From an uncultured Oscillospiraceae bacterium (GTDB lineage: Bacteria; Bacillota; Clostridia; Oscillospirales; QAMX01), in assembly GCA_964461815.1 (NCBI GenBank), contig CAYWVF010000006.1, positions 22,391-86,390 of the forward strand: 64,000 nt of DNA. The letters run 5' to 3'. A program made the translations under genes and the position numbers. The stretch's first letter is position 1. The number at the start of each line of letters is the position of its first letter. Positions 29,224 through 38,974 of the stretch are shown piece by piece. Below the pieces are notes generated by a model. The model worked only from the letters and a program-made list of their open reading frames with translations, had not been told where the DNA came from and made no database searches.

Positions 29224-30705
29224 TTATAGTATTATGCAAATAAGTCCGCCGCTGCCTTCATTAATTATCCTCTCCAATGTTTCACGCAGCTTTAGTCTTG
29301 CATCATCCGGCATTTTCGAAAGCTTTGTATTCAGTCCCTCACTCACAAGCTCATGCAGTGATTTCCCAAAAATATTTGACTCCCATATTTTTCCTGCATC
29401 ACCTTCAAACTCGCCCAACAGGTAATCCATCAGCTCCTCCGACTGCCGTTCCGAGCCTACGATAGGTGATACCTCCGTTTGGATATCCGCACGCATCATA
29501 TGTATTGACGGTGCGCTTGCTTTAAGCTTTATACCATAGCGGCCACCCTGACGTATCAGCTCCGGTTCTTCCAGTGTCATTTCGTTCATCGTCGGCATAA
29601 CTATTCCGTAACCGATAGCGTTGACCTGATCCAGCGCAGCCTCGATACGCTTATACTCATTCTTGATCGCACCGAGCTCTTTCAATATTGGGATCAATTC
29701 TCCCTCATCATTTATTCTTATCCCCGACTCCTCTTCTATCATCCCGTAAAACAGCTCCTGTGGCATATCAAGCGAGGCAACCGCACAGCCTTCACCGAGC
29801 TTTATACTTTTCAGCTCCGTACCGCAAATATATGTGCCACCTGCAAGCGAGTTTACCATTTCAGGTATCTCACGTATTCTGCGTATACCTCTCATCGCAT
29901 CCAACACGCCCGAGAATATATTTTCCTTTATCGGATGATCGGCATCAAGTCCACCTGTCCACGGCGGGAGCACTATTCCCAGCTCCTTTACAGGAAATTC
30001 ATACAAAATACTTTTTATTATATCCGTTATTTCACTTTCCGACAGCTGCTGACAATTTACCGTGCGGCATGTAACTTCAAAACGTGTTTCAAGATCATCC
30101 TTTATCCTCTGTGCTTTTTCGCCATTCGGTTCAGTTGAATTTACAAGTACTATAAATGGCTTTGACAGCTCCTTTAATTCGCTTATAACACGCTCCTCAG
30201 GCTCAATATATGCCTCACGTGCTATATCTGTTATGCTTCCGTCAGTCGTTATCACAAGTCCTACCGTCGAATGCTCGCCAATGACCTTTCTTGTCCCGAA
30301 TTCCGCAGCCTCCTTCATCGGTATTTCCCTATCAAACCACGGAGTCGTCACCATTCTCGGCTCGTCACCCTCAAGCTGTCCCAGCGCTCCCTCTACCATA
30401 TATCCCACGCAGTCCACAAGGCGCACTCTCATCTTAGCATTATTGTCCAGCTCCAGCTCTGCCGCTTCCTCAGGTACAAATTTAGGCTCTGCCGTCATTA
30501 TCGTCTTGCCTGAACCGCTTTGCGGCAGCTCATCCTTTGCGCGCTCACGCTTATATACATTTGTAATATTAGGTATAACTAAAGTGTCCATGAATCGCTT
30601 TATAAACGTAGATTTACCTGTCCTCACCGGGCCAACTACACCTATGTATATATCCCCACCTGTTCTTTCGGCGATCTCACTATATATCTTATTCAATCTG
30701 ACCAT
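29224..30705 (-). CDS. spoIVA: Stage IV sporulation protein A (true start may be TTG 30696)
   Basis: IAERTGGDIYIGVVGPVRTGKSTFIKRF, DELPQS, DCVGY, INEGSGGLICIIL. Confidence 0.97.
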   Translation of the reverse strand: MVRLNKIYSEIAERTGGDIYIGVVGPVRTGKSTFIKRFMDTLVIPNITNVYKRERAKDELPQSGSGKTIMTAEPKFVPEEAAELELDNNAKMRVRLVDCVGYMVEGALGQLEGDEPRMVTTPWFDREIPMKEAAEFGTRKVIGEHSTVGLVITTDGSITDIAREAYIEPEERVISELKELSKPFIVLVNSTEPNGEKAQRIKDDLETRFEVTCRTVNCQQLSESEITDIIKSILYEFPVKELGIVLPPWTGGLDADHPIKENIFSGVLDAMRGIRRIREIPEMVNSLAGGTYICGTELKSIKLGEGCAVASLDMPQELFYGMIEEESGIRINDEGELIPILKELGAIKNEYKRIEAALDQVNAIGYGIVMPTMNEMTLEEPELIRQGGRYGIKLKASAPSIHMMRADIQTEVSPIVGSERQSEELMDYLLGEFEGDAGKIWESNIFGKSLHELVSEGLNTKLSKMPDDARLKLRETLERIINEGSGGLICIIL

Positions 30706-30711
30706 CTCCTC

Positions 30712-32205
30712 CTACCGCTTTATCGGTATCAATAATAATTCCCCACGTTTTATCTCATCCGATTCACTGATCTTATTTGCCTTTGCAATCTCACTCACTG
30801 TTGTTCGGCAGCTTTTTGCAATAGACCATAAGCTCTCACCTGCTTCAGCATATCTCAAGATCGCAGATAATTTTATAGAATCAGCTTCATACTCTCCAAG
30901 TGTTTCGAAATCATCCACCACTGATGTCTTTATACTTACGCATTTATTGCATACAGCCGTGACTGCTGCATCTACCGTGAGCCCGTTTGACGATGGCATC
31001 GCAGAGCATGATACCGACCTTATCTCCCATCGTCCATCCTCGTTACTCAGCTGCACAGGTATTCTTCTCGTAACGCTGTATATTCCGTTATCATCTGATA
31101 TATAGATTATATCCGCAACACATATCAGCTGTCCGTTTTGAGCGTTATCATCGTATCTCACCGTACAGTCAAGCACAGCGTTCACAGCCATACCTGTTTC
31201 GAAGGATTCTGCCACATCAAATCTTTCAAGCTGACCCGACTCATATTTTATAAATTTCTTTTCTGTCACTACAGGTGCTATCCTTACATTAGTATTGTAC
31301 ATATCCTCAACAACATTTATCTGTGTTGACTCCATAAGCTCTGCAAATAAGTACATACCAACGCTCATATTGATGACCTTAGCCTCTCCCGACATATCTA
31401 TGGTCGGTTCAAGCTCTGTATTTCTCACATCCACTCTGAGACTGTATGTCATATCCTCAGATGCACCTATAGCATCGACCAGCTGTGAGAACGGAACGAC
31501 CTGTGAAAACGTTTCAAGCTTGCCGTCAATATCCGCATAAAGGCAATTCAGCTTGACATTTCCCTTTGTAATGAACTTATTGACCATCATTCTCGTATCA
31601 AGTATCTCAGTCTCTACAGAGTACTTAAGTATTTGACCTACAGCTTCACTTGATTGAGGCAGTTCGAGCTCCTCCACCAGTGTAAAGCTTTTTGATGCAG
31701 TCTGCGATATCGTATTGATCTCATAGCTCTTGACTAAAAGCTGATACCCTATCTCGTCACCTGATGCTATCCCTCCCGTGATATATTCATCACGGTCACT
31801 ATACGCTCTGTATGATATCGAAACCGTAAGCCTTACGCTGACCTTTCGTGAATTGACAGCCTTGACATCGGTACTCACCATCTTTGCCGTACACATGATC
31901 CCTGCTGATGGTACACACGAATCACCTGGCACATCGAATCTGTGCTCAAACGAAAACGGTATCTCCAGCTTTATAAGATTTCCGGTGTCAGGCACATATA
32001 AAATCGAAGCCTTTGCACCGCATTTTACATTTATCGTGCCTGCCATATACTCGCAGTCCTTTACATATACAGTTCCAAACGAATCCACTATCCTTGCTAT
32101 ATCCGGGCAGGAATCCGGAACTATGCTTTCTGAATTTTCCTCATGCAGCTGTGTATCTTCAGCACATATTATTTTGCTTTTCAGAGGTTTTTTTATAAGC
32201 TCCAT
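30712..32205 (-). CDS. sipL: SPOCS (DUF3794) repeat + C-terminal LysM spore coat morphogenetic protein, SipL-like
   Basis: IVPDSCPDIARI, repeated beta-rich units, C-terminal LysM GESLWSIAK...IAKAN...LLIP. Adjacent to spoIVA. Confidence 0.75.
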   Translation of the reverse strand: MELIKKPLKSKIICAEDTQLHEENSESIVPDSCPDIARIVDSFGTVYVKDCEYMAGTINVKCGAKASILYVPDTGNLIKLEIPFSFEHRFDVPGDSCVPSAGIMCTAKMVSTDVKAVNSRKVSVRLTVSISYRAYSDRDEYITGGIASGDEIGYQLLVKSYEINTISQTASKSFTLVEELELPQSSEAVGQILKYSVETEILDTRMMVNKFITKGNVKLNCLYADIDGKLETFSQVVPFSQLVDAIGASEDMTYSLRVDVRNTELEPTIDMSGEAKVINMSVGMYLFAELMESTQINVVEDMYNTNVRIAPVVTEKKFIKYESGQLERFDVAESFETGMAVNAVLDCTVRYDDNAQNGQLICVADIIYISDDNGIYSVTRRIPVQLSNEDGRWEIRSVSCSAMPSSNGLTVDAAVTAVCNKCVSIKTSVVDDFETLGEYEADSIKLSAILRYAEAGESLWSIAKSCRTTVSEIAKANKISESDEIKRGELLLIPIKR

Positions 32206-32230
32206 TTTCTAACCAACCTTTCAGCTCTTA

Positions 32231-32273
32231 ACTTGTCTTATACAAATATATATGAGGCTCTATCTCTAAATAT
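32231..32273 (-). promoter_or_regulatory. SigE-type promoter plus SpoIIID-like box for sipL-spoIVA
   Basis: Minus strand ATA-16 nt-CATATATA (32273-32247), followed by TAAGACAAGT resembling the SpoIIID consensus. Confidence 0.6.
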
Positions 32274-32297
32274 TATCCTTTTGTCACTGAATATTAT

Positions 32298-32441
32298 TTA
32301 GCATACAAGCAGCACTCCCGCTGCCACTATCAATATTCCAAGTACCCATAGCAAAAAGCCTGTAGGGAAAACAAGTGCTATAAATACACCTACCCCAACC
32401 GCTATGATCAGCATACCTATAAACCTTTTCCGTCCGCACAC
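32298..32441 (-). CDS. Small two-TM membrane protein (47 aa)
   Basis: Not in the ORF track. GGAGGTG SD then GTG: MCGRKRFIGMLIIAVGVGVFIALVFPTGFLLWVLGILIVAAGVLLVC*. Confidence 0.7.
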   Translation of the reverse strand: MCGRKRFIGMLIIAVGVGVFIALVFPTGFLLWVLGILIVAAGVLLVC

Positions 32442-32636
32442 TTGCTCCGCACCTCCGCAAAATGAAATCCCTGTACCATAAATATAGTATATGGATCAAA
32501 TTATTATTACTTTTTTTCACACGTATTATGCAGTCAGTTATCGAGACAGTCCTCTCAGAAAAATGCTTTAACGACAGATCTTTTATGTGTATTGAGTGAG
32601 ATATTATACGGTCACTGCGATTCATTGAACACACAG

Positions 32637-32682
32637 AAAAAAGACCACTCAGCAGACTATGCAGCCTGTTGTGTGGTCTTTT
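32637..32682 (-). terminator. Terminator of the prkC-rsgA operon
   Basis: AAAAGACCAC...GTGGTCTTTT imperfect stem with flanking A/T tracts. Confidence 0.65.
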
Positions 32683-32747
32683 CGTTTGTACCGTTTGAAT
32701 ATGTCACTTCGTTTTCGGCGATTTCTACCGAATGCTCTTTGAGTACA

Positions 32748-33662
32748 TCATTTGTTCTTTTCCTGTTTTTTTATTTCCCAATCCTTTATATCCTTCATGC
32801 TTTCGTACAGCATAAGGTAGCTGTCATAGCGCGATCTCTCGATTTTTTCTTCCTTCACCGCCTTTATGACTGCACAACCCTTTTCTTTTATATGCATACA
32901 GCCTGTGTATCTGCACTCCGGAATATATTTTGCAAAATCAATAAATGAGTTTTGCAGATCATTCTTCAATACAAGATCCATACGCTCCACATCAAACGAC
33001 TGAAATCCGGGTGTATCAGCAATATATCCGCCCTCAGTAAGCTCGAACAGCTCCACATGACGTGTAGTCTGCCTACCTCTGCCTATTTTCTCACTGAGTG
33101 CTCCTACCTCTACGTTCCACGCCGGATCAAGCTTTCTAATAATGCTTGACTTCCCTACTCCCGAGTTTCCCGTCAGTACTGTTATGCCGCTCGTAACGAT
33201 GCTCTTTATCTCATCGATACCGCAACCCGTTTCGGCACTTACTTTTATCACTCGAAAACCGACATTTTTGTATATTCGTTCAAGCTCGTCACCCGATGCC
33301 AGATCACATTTGTTTATGCACACTATAAGCTCTATATTCTTATGTCCGGCAATTGCCGAGACCTTATCGATCAAAAACTTTTCCGTAATAGGCGGTGCCT
33401 CCGATGCGATTACGATCAGCCTGTCTATATTCGCCACGGCAGGACGTATGAGAGCATTCTTTCTCTCCTCGATCTCCCATATTATTCCGCTTCCATCAGG
33501 CTGCATATTTATCTTTACAGTGTCACCTATCATCGGCTGACGATCCGCTATCCTGAACTTACCCCTTGCTCTGCACAATATATCGCCATCGGCGGTACGT
33601 ATAGTATACAAACCGCCGATGCCCTTTATTATCAATCCGCGTTTTGAATGTTCATCATTCAT
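32748..33662 (-). CDS. rsgA: Ribosome small subunit-dependent GTPase A
   Basis: Circularly permuted GTPase: NKCD, GNSGVGKS, GRQTT, DTPGF; CRYTGCMH..E.GC zinc site. Confidence 0.95.
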   Translation of the reverse strand: MNDEHSKRGLIIKGIGGLYTIRTADGDILCRARGKFRIADRQPMIGDTVKINMQPDGSGIIWEIEERKNALIRPAVANIDRLIVIASEAPPITEKFLIDKVSAIAGHKNIELIVCINKCDLASGDELERIYKNVGFRVIKVSAETGCGIDEIKSIVTSGITVLTGNSGVGKSSIIRKLDPAWNVEVGALSEKIGRGRQTTRHVELFELTEGGYIADTPGFQSFDVERMDLVLKNDLQNSFIDFAKYIPECRYTGCMHIKEKGCAVIKAVKEEKIERSRYDSYLMLYESMKDIKDWEIKKQEKNK

Positions 33663-35748
33663 ATATCGCGATTTCCTCACCTTTCAGTACTCCATTGACA
33701 TATATGGTCAGCAGATCTGAGCCTGTACCATATAATGTTATACTTACCTTGCCTAAGGAGGAGTCATATTCCTCCTCATATATAGTCTGTCCCATTGCTT
33801 TTACTTCTACAAGAGATTTTTCCTCAGTAGATGAAAGTGCTACCTTAAGAACATATGACTTCTTAGCACCTGTGCTTGATTGGTTAGTCTCACCGGAGAA
33901 ATTTCCGTCGTTGGGATCCTCATCCGGTGTTGTCGGTTCAACGGCATTGCTGCTTATACTGATATCCACCGACGTTTTTTCACTGACCTCTGTATTCGGA
34001 TCATAGCTTTGTCCTACAACAATACCGTTTTTCTCGTCGCTTGTCACCGGAATGATCTCTCCGAGCACAAGTGAGCAGCTTTCAAGTCGACGTCTTGCTT
34101 CATCCTCCGTCAGACCCTTCAGATCAGGTACGATCGTAGTTTTGACCTCTTTTCCGAGACTTACATATACGGTAACCTTTGAACCCGGTTCAACATCCGT
34201 AGTTGCCTCCGGTATGGTTCTTGTAACATTGCCCTCGATTATCGTTTCTGATATCTCATAGGCGTACTCGTACAATATATCCAGCTTGCTGAGTTCAAGA
34301 CCGGCGGAACGGTACTCTACATTTGTTATATCGGGCATTGTTACCATTTTCGGGCCAAGGCTTACCGTTACATATATCTCAGCATTCGGCTTCATCGTTC
34401 TTCCGGCTGATGGTGACTGGTCTATTATAAAGCCCTTTTCTACCGTACTATTATATACAGTCTCCTCCTGGATGATCCTGTAATCCTCATACTTAGAGCT
34501 TGACATGACCTCCATATAATTCTTTCCTACAAGACTCGGCACTTCAACGTCTGTTACGCTATCGGCATCATCAGGATTAAATATCGTGCTGAATATAAAC
34601 ATCGCACCGCCCATAAATACTGCTGCGGTTATAATAGCGGTTATAAGATATACAACTACCGGTGTACGTCTTCTCGGAACATAGTCGTATTCATAATCAT
34701 CATAGTCATCATCATATTTCACAGCTTTCTTTTTAGGCTGCTTCTTCGGTTTGGCAGCATCTGCATGATGCTTTTCCTCCACTGACACAGTCTCATCACT
34801 TACGGTCTTTCTCACCTGATGACTGCTTATCGGCACAAATTTGCGTGTGTCGCCGTCATTATGCTCAACTTCCGGCTCTGTCTGCTCCTCATACGTATTT
34901 ACATAGTTAAATTCTACCTCAGGGTCTTTTTTGTAGAGCTCGAAATCCTCTATGATCTCAGTTGCAGATGCATATCTCTTATCGATAGAAGGACACATAG
35001 CCTTCATAGTTATGCTTTCCAGTGCGCGCGGTATCTTCGGATCTATTTCACGAGGCATAAGCGGTACGGAATTGATATGCTGGAGCACTACCGCTACAGG
35101 TGTATCACCCTCAAACGGAAGACGTCCTGTCAGCATCTCATACATAACTACACCAAAGGAGTATATATCTGATCTTGCATCGATCGCACTTCCCTTCGCC
35201 TGTTCAGGTGAGACATAGTGTACCGATCCGAGAGCCTCATCCGTCAACGTCTGACGCTCCGACTGAGCAAATCTTGCGATGCCGAAGTCAGTTACCTTAA
35301 GGCTTCCGTCACGAAGTATGATAATATTTTGAGGCTTTATATCTCTGTGTATTATTCCGCGGCTATGAGCATGTTCAAGAGCTTTTGCGATCTGCGGTGC
35401 AAAGTGCAGTACCTCATCAGGTGAAAGTAGACCCTTTCGATCCATATAATCCTTTAATGTAACACCCTCTACAAGCTCCATTACCATATATTCGATATTG
35501 TCACTTCTGTTTACATCGTAAACAGATACAATATTCTGATGAGACAGCATCGCAACCGCTTGTGATTCCGTATGAAAACGTCTTCTGAAATCGGCATCCT
35601 TTGCGTATTCATCCTTTAGTATTTTTATCGCAACAAATCTGTTCAACAGTCGGCAACGTGCCTTGTAAACCACTGCCATGCCGCCTGTACCGATAACTTC
35701 CAGTATCTCATAGCGGTTGTCAAGCAGCTTTCCTATGTATTTATCCAT
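33655..35748 (-). CDS. prkC: PASTA-domain Ser/Thr kinase (PrkC/PknB/Stk1)
   Basis: IGTGGMA, VAIK, HRDIKPQN, DFGIA, GSVHYVSPE, one TM helix, three PASTA repeats. Confidence 0.95.
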   Translation of the reverse strand: MDKYIGKLLDNRYEILEVIGTGGMAVVYKARCRLLNRFVAIKILKDEYAKDADFRRRFHTESQAVAMLSHQNIVSVYDVNRSDNIEYMVMELVEGVTLKDYMDRKGLLSPDEVLHFAPQIAKALEHAHSRGIIHRDIKPQNIIILRDGSLKVTDFGIARFAQSERQTLTDEALGSVHYVSPEQAKGSAIDARSDIYSFGVVMYEMLTGRLPFEGDTPVAVVLQHINSVPLMPREIDPKIPRALESITMKAMCPSIDKRYASATEIIEDFELYKKDPEVEFNYVNTYEEQTEPEVEHNDGDTRKFVPISSHQVRKTVSDETVSVEEKHHADAAKPKKQPKKKAVKYDDDYDDYEYDYVPRRRTPVVVYLITAIITAAVFMGGAMFIFSTIFNPDDADSVTDVEVPSLVGKNYMEVMSSSKYEDYRIIQEETVYNSTVEKGFIIDQSPSAGRTMKPNAEIYVTVSLGPKMVTMPDITNVEYRSAGLELSKLDILYEYAYEISETIIEGNVTRTIPEATTDVEPGSKVTVYVSLGKEVKTTIVPDLKGLTEDEARRRLESCSLVLGEIIPVTSDEKNGIVVGQSYDPNTEVSEKTSVDISISSNAVEPTTPDEDPNDGNFSGETNQSSTGAKKSYVLKVALSSTEEKSLVEVKAMGQTIYEEEYDSSLGKVSITLYGTGSDLLTIYVNGVLKGEEIAIYE

Positions 35749-35828
35749 TATACAAATTCCAAAATCCGGGCAGCTCTGTGAGCTTTACCAGATATTCCTT
35801 TCTTTCGTTGATCAATCAGTGTCTGCCG

Positions 35829-36563
35829 CTAAGCGCAGATCAAAACAGCTGTTATATTATCATATCCGCCGCGTTCATTTGCTTTATCTATAAGCGTCTC
35901 ACAGGCGATCTGTGAGCTTTCGGCTGAATCGATTATTTTCTTCATCTCTTCGCTGCTTATCATGTTGGATAAACCGTCCGAACAAAGTAATATCTTTGTA
36001 CCCTGGTCGATTTTATATGTATAAATATCCGACTTTACTCTCTCATCTGTACCGAGTGCACGTGTTATCAGATTACGTCTGGGATGCTCCCTCGCTTCCT
36101 CCTCGGTGATCTCGCCTCTCATGATCATTTCTTCAACTACGGAGTGATCGATAGTGATCTTCTCTATACCCTCTGAATTTATCAAATAGGCTCTGCTGTC
36201 ACCTACGTTGACAAGCACGAGATCATCGTCATTTACAAATCCTCCGACAAGCGTTGTTCCCATTCCACTGTATTCTCTCGATGAAAGTGCAGTCTGATAT
36301 GTCTCATAATTTGCAAAGTTTACAGCATTTTTCAGAATTGACTCCATGTATTTATTACTCATACTTGGTCTGATATGCTTCATCACATGCTCTTTAAAAA
36401 CACTCGCCGCTATATCACTGGCAATATTGCCGGCATTGGCTCCGCCCATACCGTCACACACAACGAATATCGCCTGCTTACCATCATTTTCGGTGCAGCA
36501 AAAAAAGGTGTCCTGATTATTCTTACGAACTATGCCTGTATCTGACAAACCATATACATTCAT
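35829..36563 (-). CDS. prpC: PP2C-type Ser/Thr phosphatase (PrpC/Stp1)
   Basis: RKNNQD, CDGMGG, GMGTT, NVGDSRAY, CSDGL, DNIT. Confidence 0.95.
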   Translation of the reverse strand: MNVYGLSDTGIVRKNNQDTFFCCTENDGKQAIFVVCDGMGGANAGNIASDIAASVFKEHVMKHIRPSMSNKYMESILKNAVNFANYETYQTALSSREYSGMGTTLVGGFVNDDDLVLVNVGDSRAYLINSEGIEKITIDHSVVEEMIMRGEITEEEAREHPRRNLITRALGTDERVKSDIYTYKIDQGTKILLCSDGLSNMISSEEMKKIIDSAESSQIACETLIDKANERGGYDNITAVLICA

Positions 36564-37609
36564 CCGATGCTTCCCTCCTTGTTTTTCTGGTATTTCCGTC
36601 TGAGCTGTCCGCAGGATGCATCTATATCCGATCCCAGCTTTCGTCTGACAGTCGCCGTGATCCCGGCTCTATTGAGTGTCTCCTGAAAACGACGTACCGT
36701 TTCAGGCTTTGACGGCTTCAGACTGCTCTCCTCAACACTGTTGAGCGGTATAAGATTTACATGCGATCCGCTGCCGCCAAGCAGCGAGCAAAGCTTTGCA
36801 GCACAGTCATCGCTGTCATTAACATTTCTTATCATAGCATACTCGTATGATATTCTTCGACCTGTTTTCTCGAAGTATCTCTCGCATGTTTTAATCAATC
36901 TGTCCACACCATACGCACGATTCACAGGCATAATACTGTTTCTTATCTCGTCAAACGGTGCATGCAGCGATACGGACAGCGTTATCTGCAATTTATGCTC
37001 TGCCAACAGGTCGATCTTCTCACACAAGCCGCTTGTTGAAAGTGATATATGCCGCTGACCGATATTCAGTCCGTCCGGATGATTTACCAGAGAAATGAAC
37101 TTCAATACATTTTCCATATTATCAAGCGGCTCGCCTGTACCCATCAAAACAATATTCGATATCCTGTATCCACTGTCACGCTGTGCCGCTATAATCTGCC
37201 CTATTATCTCGCCCGGCGTCAGATTTCTCACCAGTCCCGCTATGGTAGAAGCACAGAACACGCATCCCATCCTGCATCCGGCTTGAGTTGATACACAAAC
37301 GCTGTTTCCATGCTCATATTTCATCAGCACCGTCTCAACGCAATTTCCGTCCTCAAGCTCGAACAGGTACTTTATCGTGCCGTCCTTTGAAAGCTGACGT
37401 TTCACTATCGTAGGATTTCCAAGTGAGTACGTCTCCGACATCAAGCTCTTGAGTGATTTCGGAATGTCTGTCATTTCATCCCATGAATGCACACCGGAAT
37501 GAAGCCATTTAAATATCTGCTTTGCCCTATATCCAGGCTGTCCCATCGACTTAAGCAGCTCACCCAGCTCCTCCGGCAGCATACTTTTCAGATTCTTGTC
37601 CAGTGTCAT
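36560..37609 (-). CDS. rlmN: 23S rRNA A2503 C2-methyltransferase RlmN
   Basis: STQAGCRMGCVFC, MGTGEP, SLHA, DASCGQL. Confidence 0.95.
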   Translation of the reverse strand: MTLDKNLKSMLPEELGELLKSMGQPGYRAKQIFKWLHSGVHSWDEMTDIPKSLKSLMSETYSLGNPTIVKRQLSKDGTIKYLFELEDGNCVETVLMKYEHGNSVCVSTQAGCRMGCVFCASTIAGLVRNLTPGEIIGQIIAAQRDSGYRISNIVLMGTGEPLDNMENVLKFISLVNHPDGLNIGQRHISLSTSGLCEKIDLLAEHKLQITLSVSLHAPFDEIRNSIMPVNRAYGVDRLIKTCERYFEKTGRRISYEYAMIRNVNDSDDCAAKLCSLLGGSGSHVNLIPLNSVEESSLKPSKPETVRRFQETLNRAGITATVRRKLGSDIDASCGQLRRKYQKNKEGSIG

Positions 37610-37642
37610 AAAAAATATGTTCTCCTTCTCGCAAAGCTACAT

Positions 37643-38974
37643 TCACTTTTTCCTGAGCTTTGCGATAAAAAATCCGTCCGTGCCATGTATATGCGGCAGC
37701 AATGTTATCATACCGTCATCAACTCTTCCTATTGACGGAAGCTCGAAGCCGCACGTCTCAAAATCGACATTATTTTTCAGAAAATCACGGACTACCTCCT
37801 CATTTTCTTCTTTAAGCACCGTACATGTTGAATAGATCAACGTACCGCCTCTTTTTAAATATGAGGAGACGTTTTGCAATATTTTTTTCTGTATCTCAGG
37901 CAGTGCATTGATATTTTCCTCTGCCTTATAGCGTATATCCGGCTTTTTTCTGATCACACCCAGACCGGAGCATGGCACATCGGCTATTATCACATCAAAA
38001 TAATCCTCGAAGCTCTCATAATTTCTTTTCGCATCACGAAGCAGAGTTTTCAGCTTTACACCGAGTCTCTGAGCTTCTTCGTTCATAAGTCTCAGCTTTT
38101 TTTCATGTATATCACACGAGGTTATCTCTGATAAGCCGTCCGACAAAGCATAAAGTGCAAAGGATTTACCTCCCGGTGCCGCACATGCATCAAGAATGCG
38201 TTTTCTTTGACCCTTTACCTCATCGTTCAGTGCATACACGCATAGCTGCGACGCTTCATCCTGCACTGTTATATATCCATCGGCAAATAGCTGAAGCTTC
38301 TCGATATTTCCTGCACCGGAAAGCTTTAGAGATTGAGGTGATGACCCACGCTTTACACCTATTTCCTCTTTCTCCAGCATCGAAACAGCATCATACACGC
38401 TGCATTTCAATGTATTGACTCTGACCGTCATCGGTGGTATACGGTTATTTGCTTCAAGCAGCGATTCAAGCTCATTCGCTTTTATGCTACCCGAAAGCTT
38501 CTTCACAAGCCAATACGGATGGCTGTACTTTATCGATAGTCTTTGCAGCTCATCCTCCGTCTCGATCTTAGGCAACGAATCTATATTTCTCGATATACTT
38601 CTCAGCACAGCATTTACAAATCCCGACGCTCTGCTGTTACCCGATTTTTTTACTATATTTACAGCCTCGTTCACTGCGGCATTATGTGGGATCCTGTCCA
38701 TAAATATCATCTGATATGCGGAAATTCTCAATACAGTGAGAACCTTTCTCGATATCTTATTCATCTTCAGGCTGGAATACTTCGATATGCAATGATCGAG
38801 GAAAAGTCTGTTTTGAAGCGTGCCGAATACGATTGCAGTACATAACGCACTGTCACGCTTATCAAGTCCCGAAAGCTCAAGTGCTTGCTTCAAAGCGAGA
38901 TCGGAATATGCACCGTCCTCAATATCAAGCAGCAGTTTTACCGCCAATTCACGTGCATTCACTGTATCAGTCAC
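37643..38974 (-). CDS. rsmB: 16S rRNA C967 methyltransferase RsmB/Sun (start uncertain)
   Basis: NusB-like N-terminus, QDEAS, DACAAPGGK, DVPCSG, YSTCT, DGFF. Confidence 0.93.
   Translation of the reverse strand: MTDTVNARELAVKLLLDIEDGAYSDLALKQALELSGLDKRDSALCTAIVFGTLQNRLFLDHCISKYSSLKMNKISRKVLTVLRISAYQMIFMDRIPHNAAVNEAVNIVKKSGNSRASGFVNAVLRSISRNIDSLPKIETEDELQRLSIKYSHPYWLVKKLSGSIKANELESLLEANNRIPPMTVRVNTLKCSVYDAVSMLEKEEIGVKRGSSPQSLKLSGAGNIEKLQLFADGYITVQDEASQLCVYALNDEVKGQRKRILDACAAPGGKSFALYALSDGLSEITSCDIHEKKLRLMNEEAQRLGVKLKTLLRDAKRNYESFEDYFDVIIADVPCSGLGVIRKKPDIRYKAEENINALPEIQKKILQNVSSYLKRGGTLIYSTCTVLKEENEEVVRDFLKNNVDFETCGFELPSIGRVDDGMITLLPHIHGTDGFFIAKLRKK

Noticed and set aside
30062-31105. 347-aa plus-strand ORF spanning spoIVA/sipL
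   Set aside because: Ser/Ile-rich antisense shadow; it crosses the junction only because the two real genes share a frame.
32284-32634. 116-aa minus-strand ORF from the track
   Set aside because: No SD and no protein-like pattern; the 47-aa ORF in another frame has a strong SD and clear TM structure.
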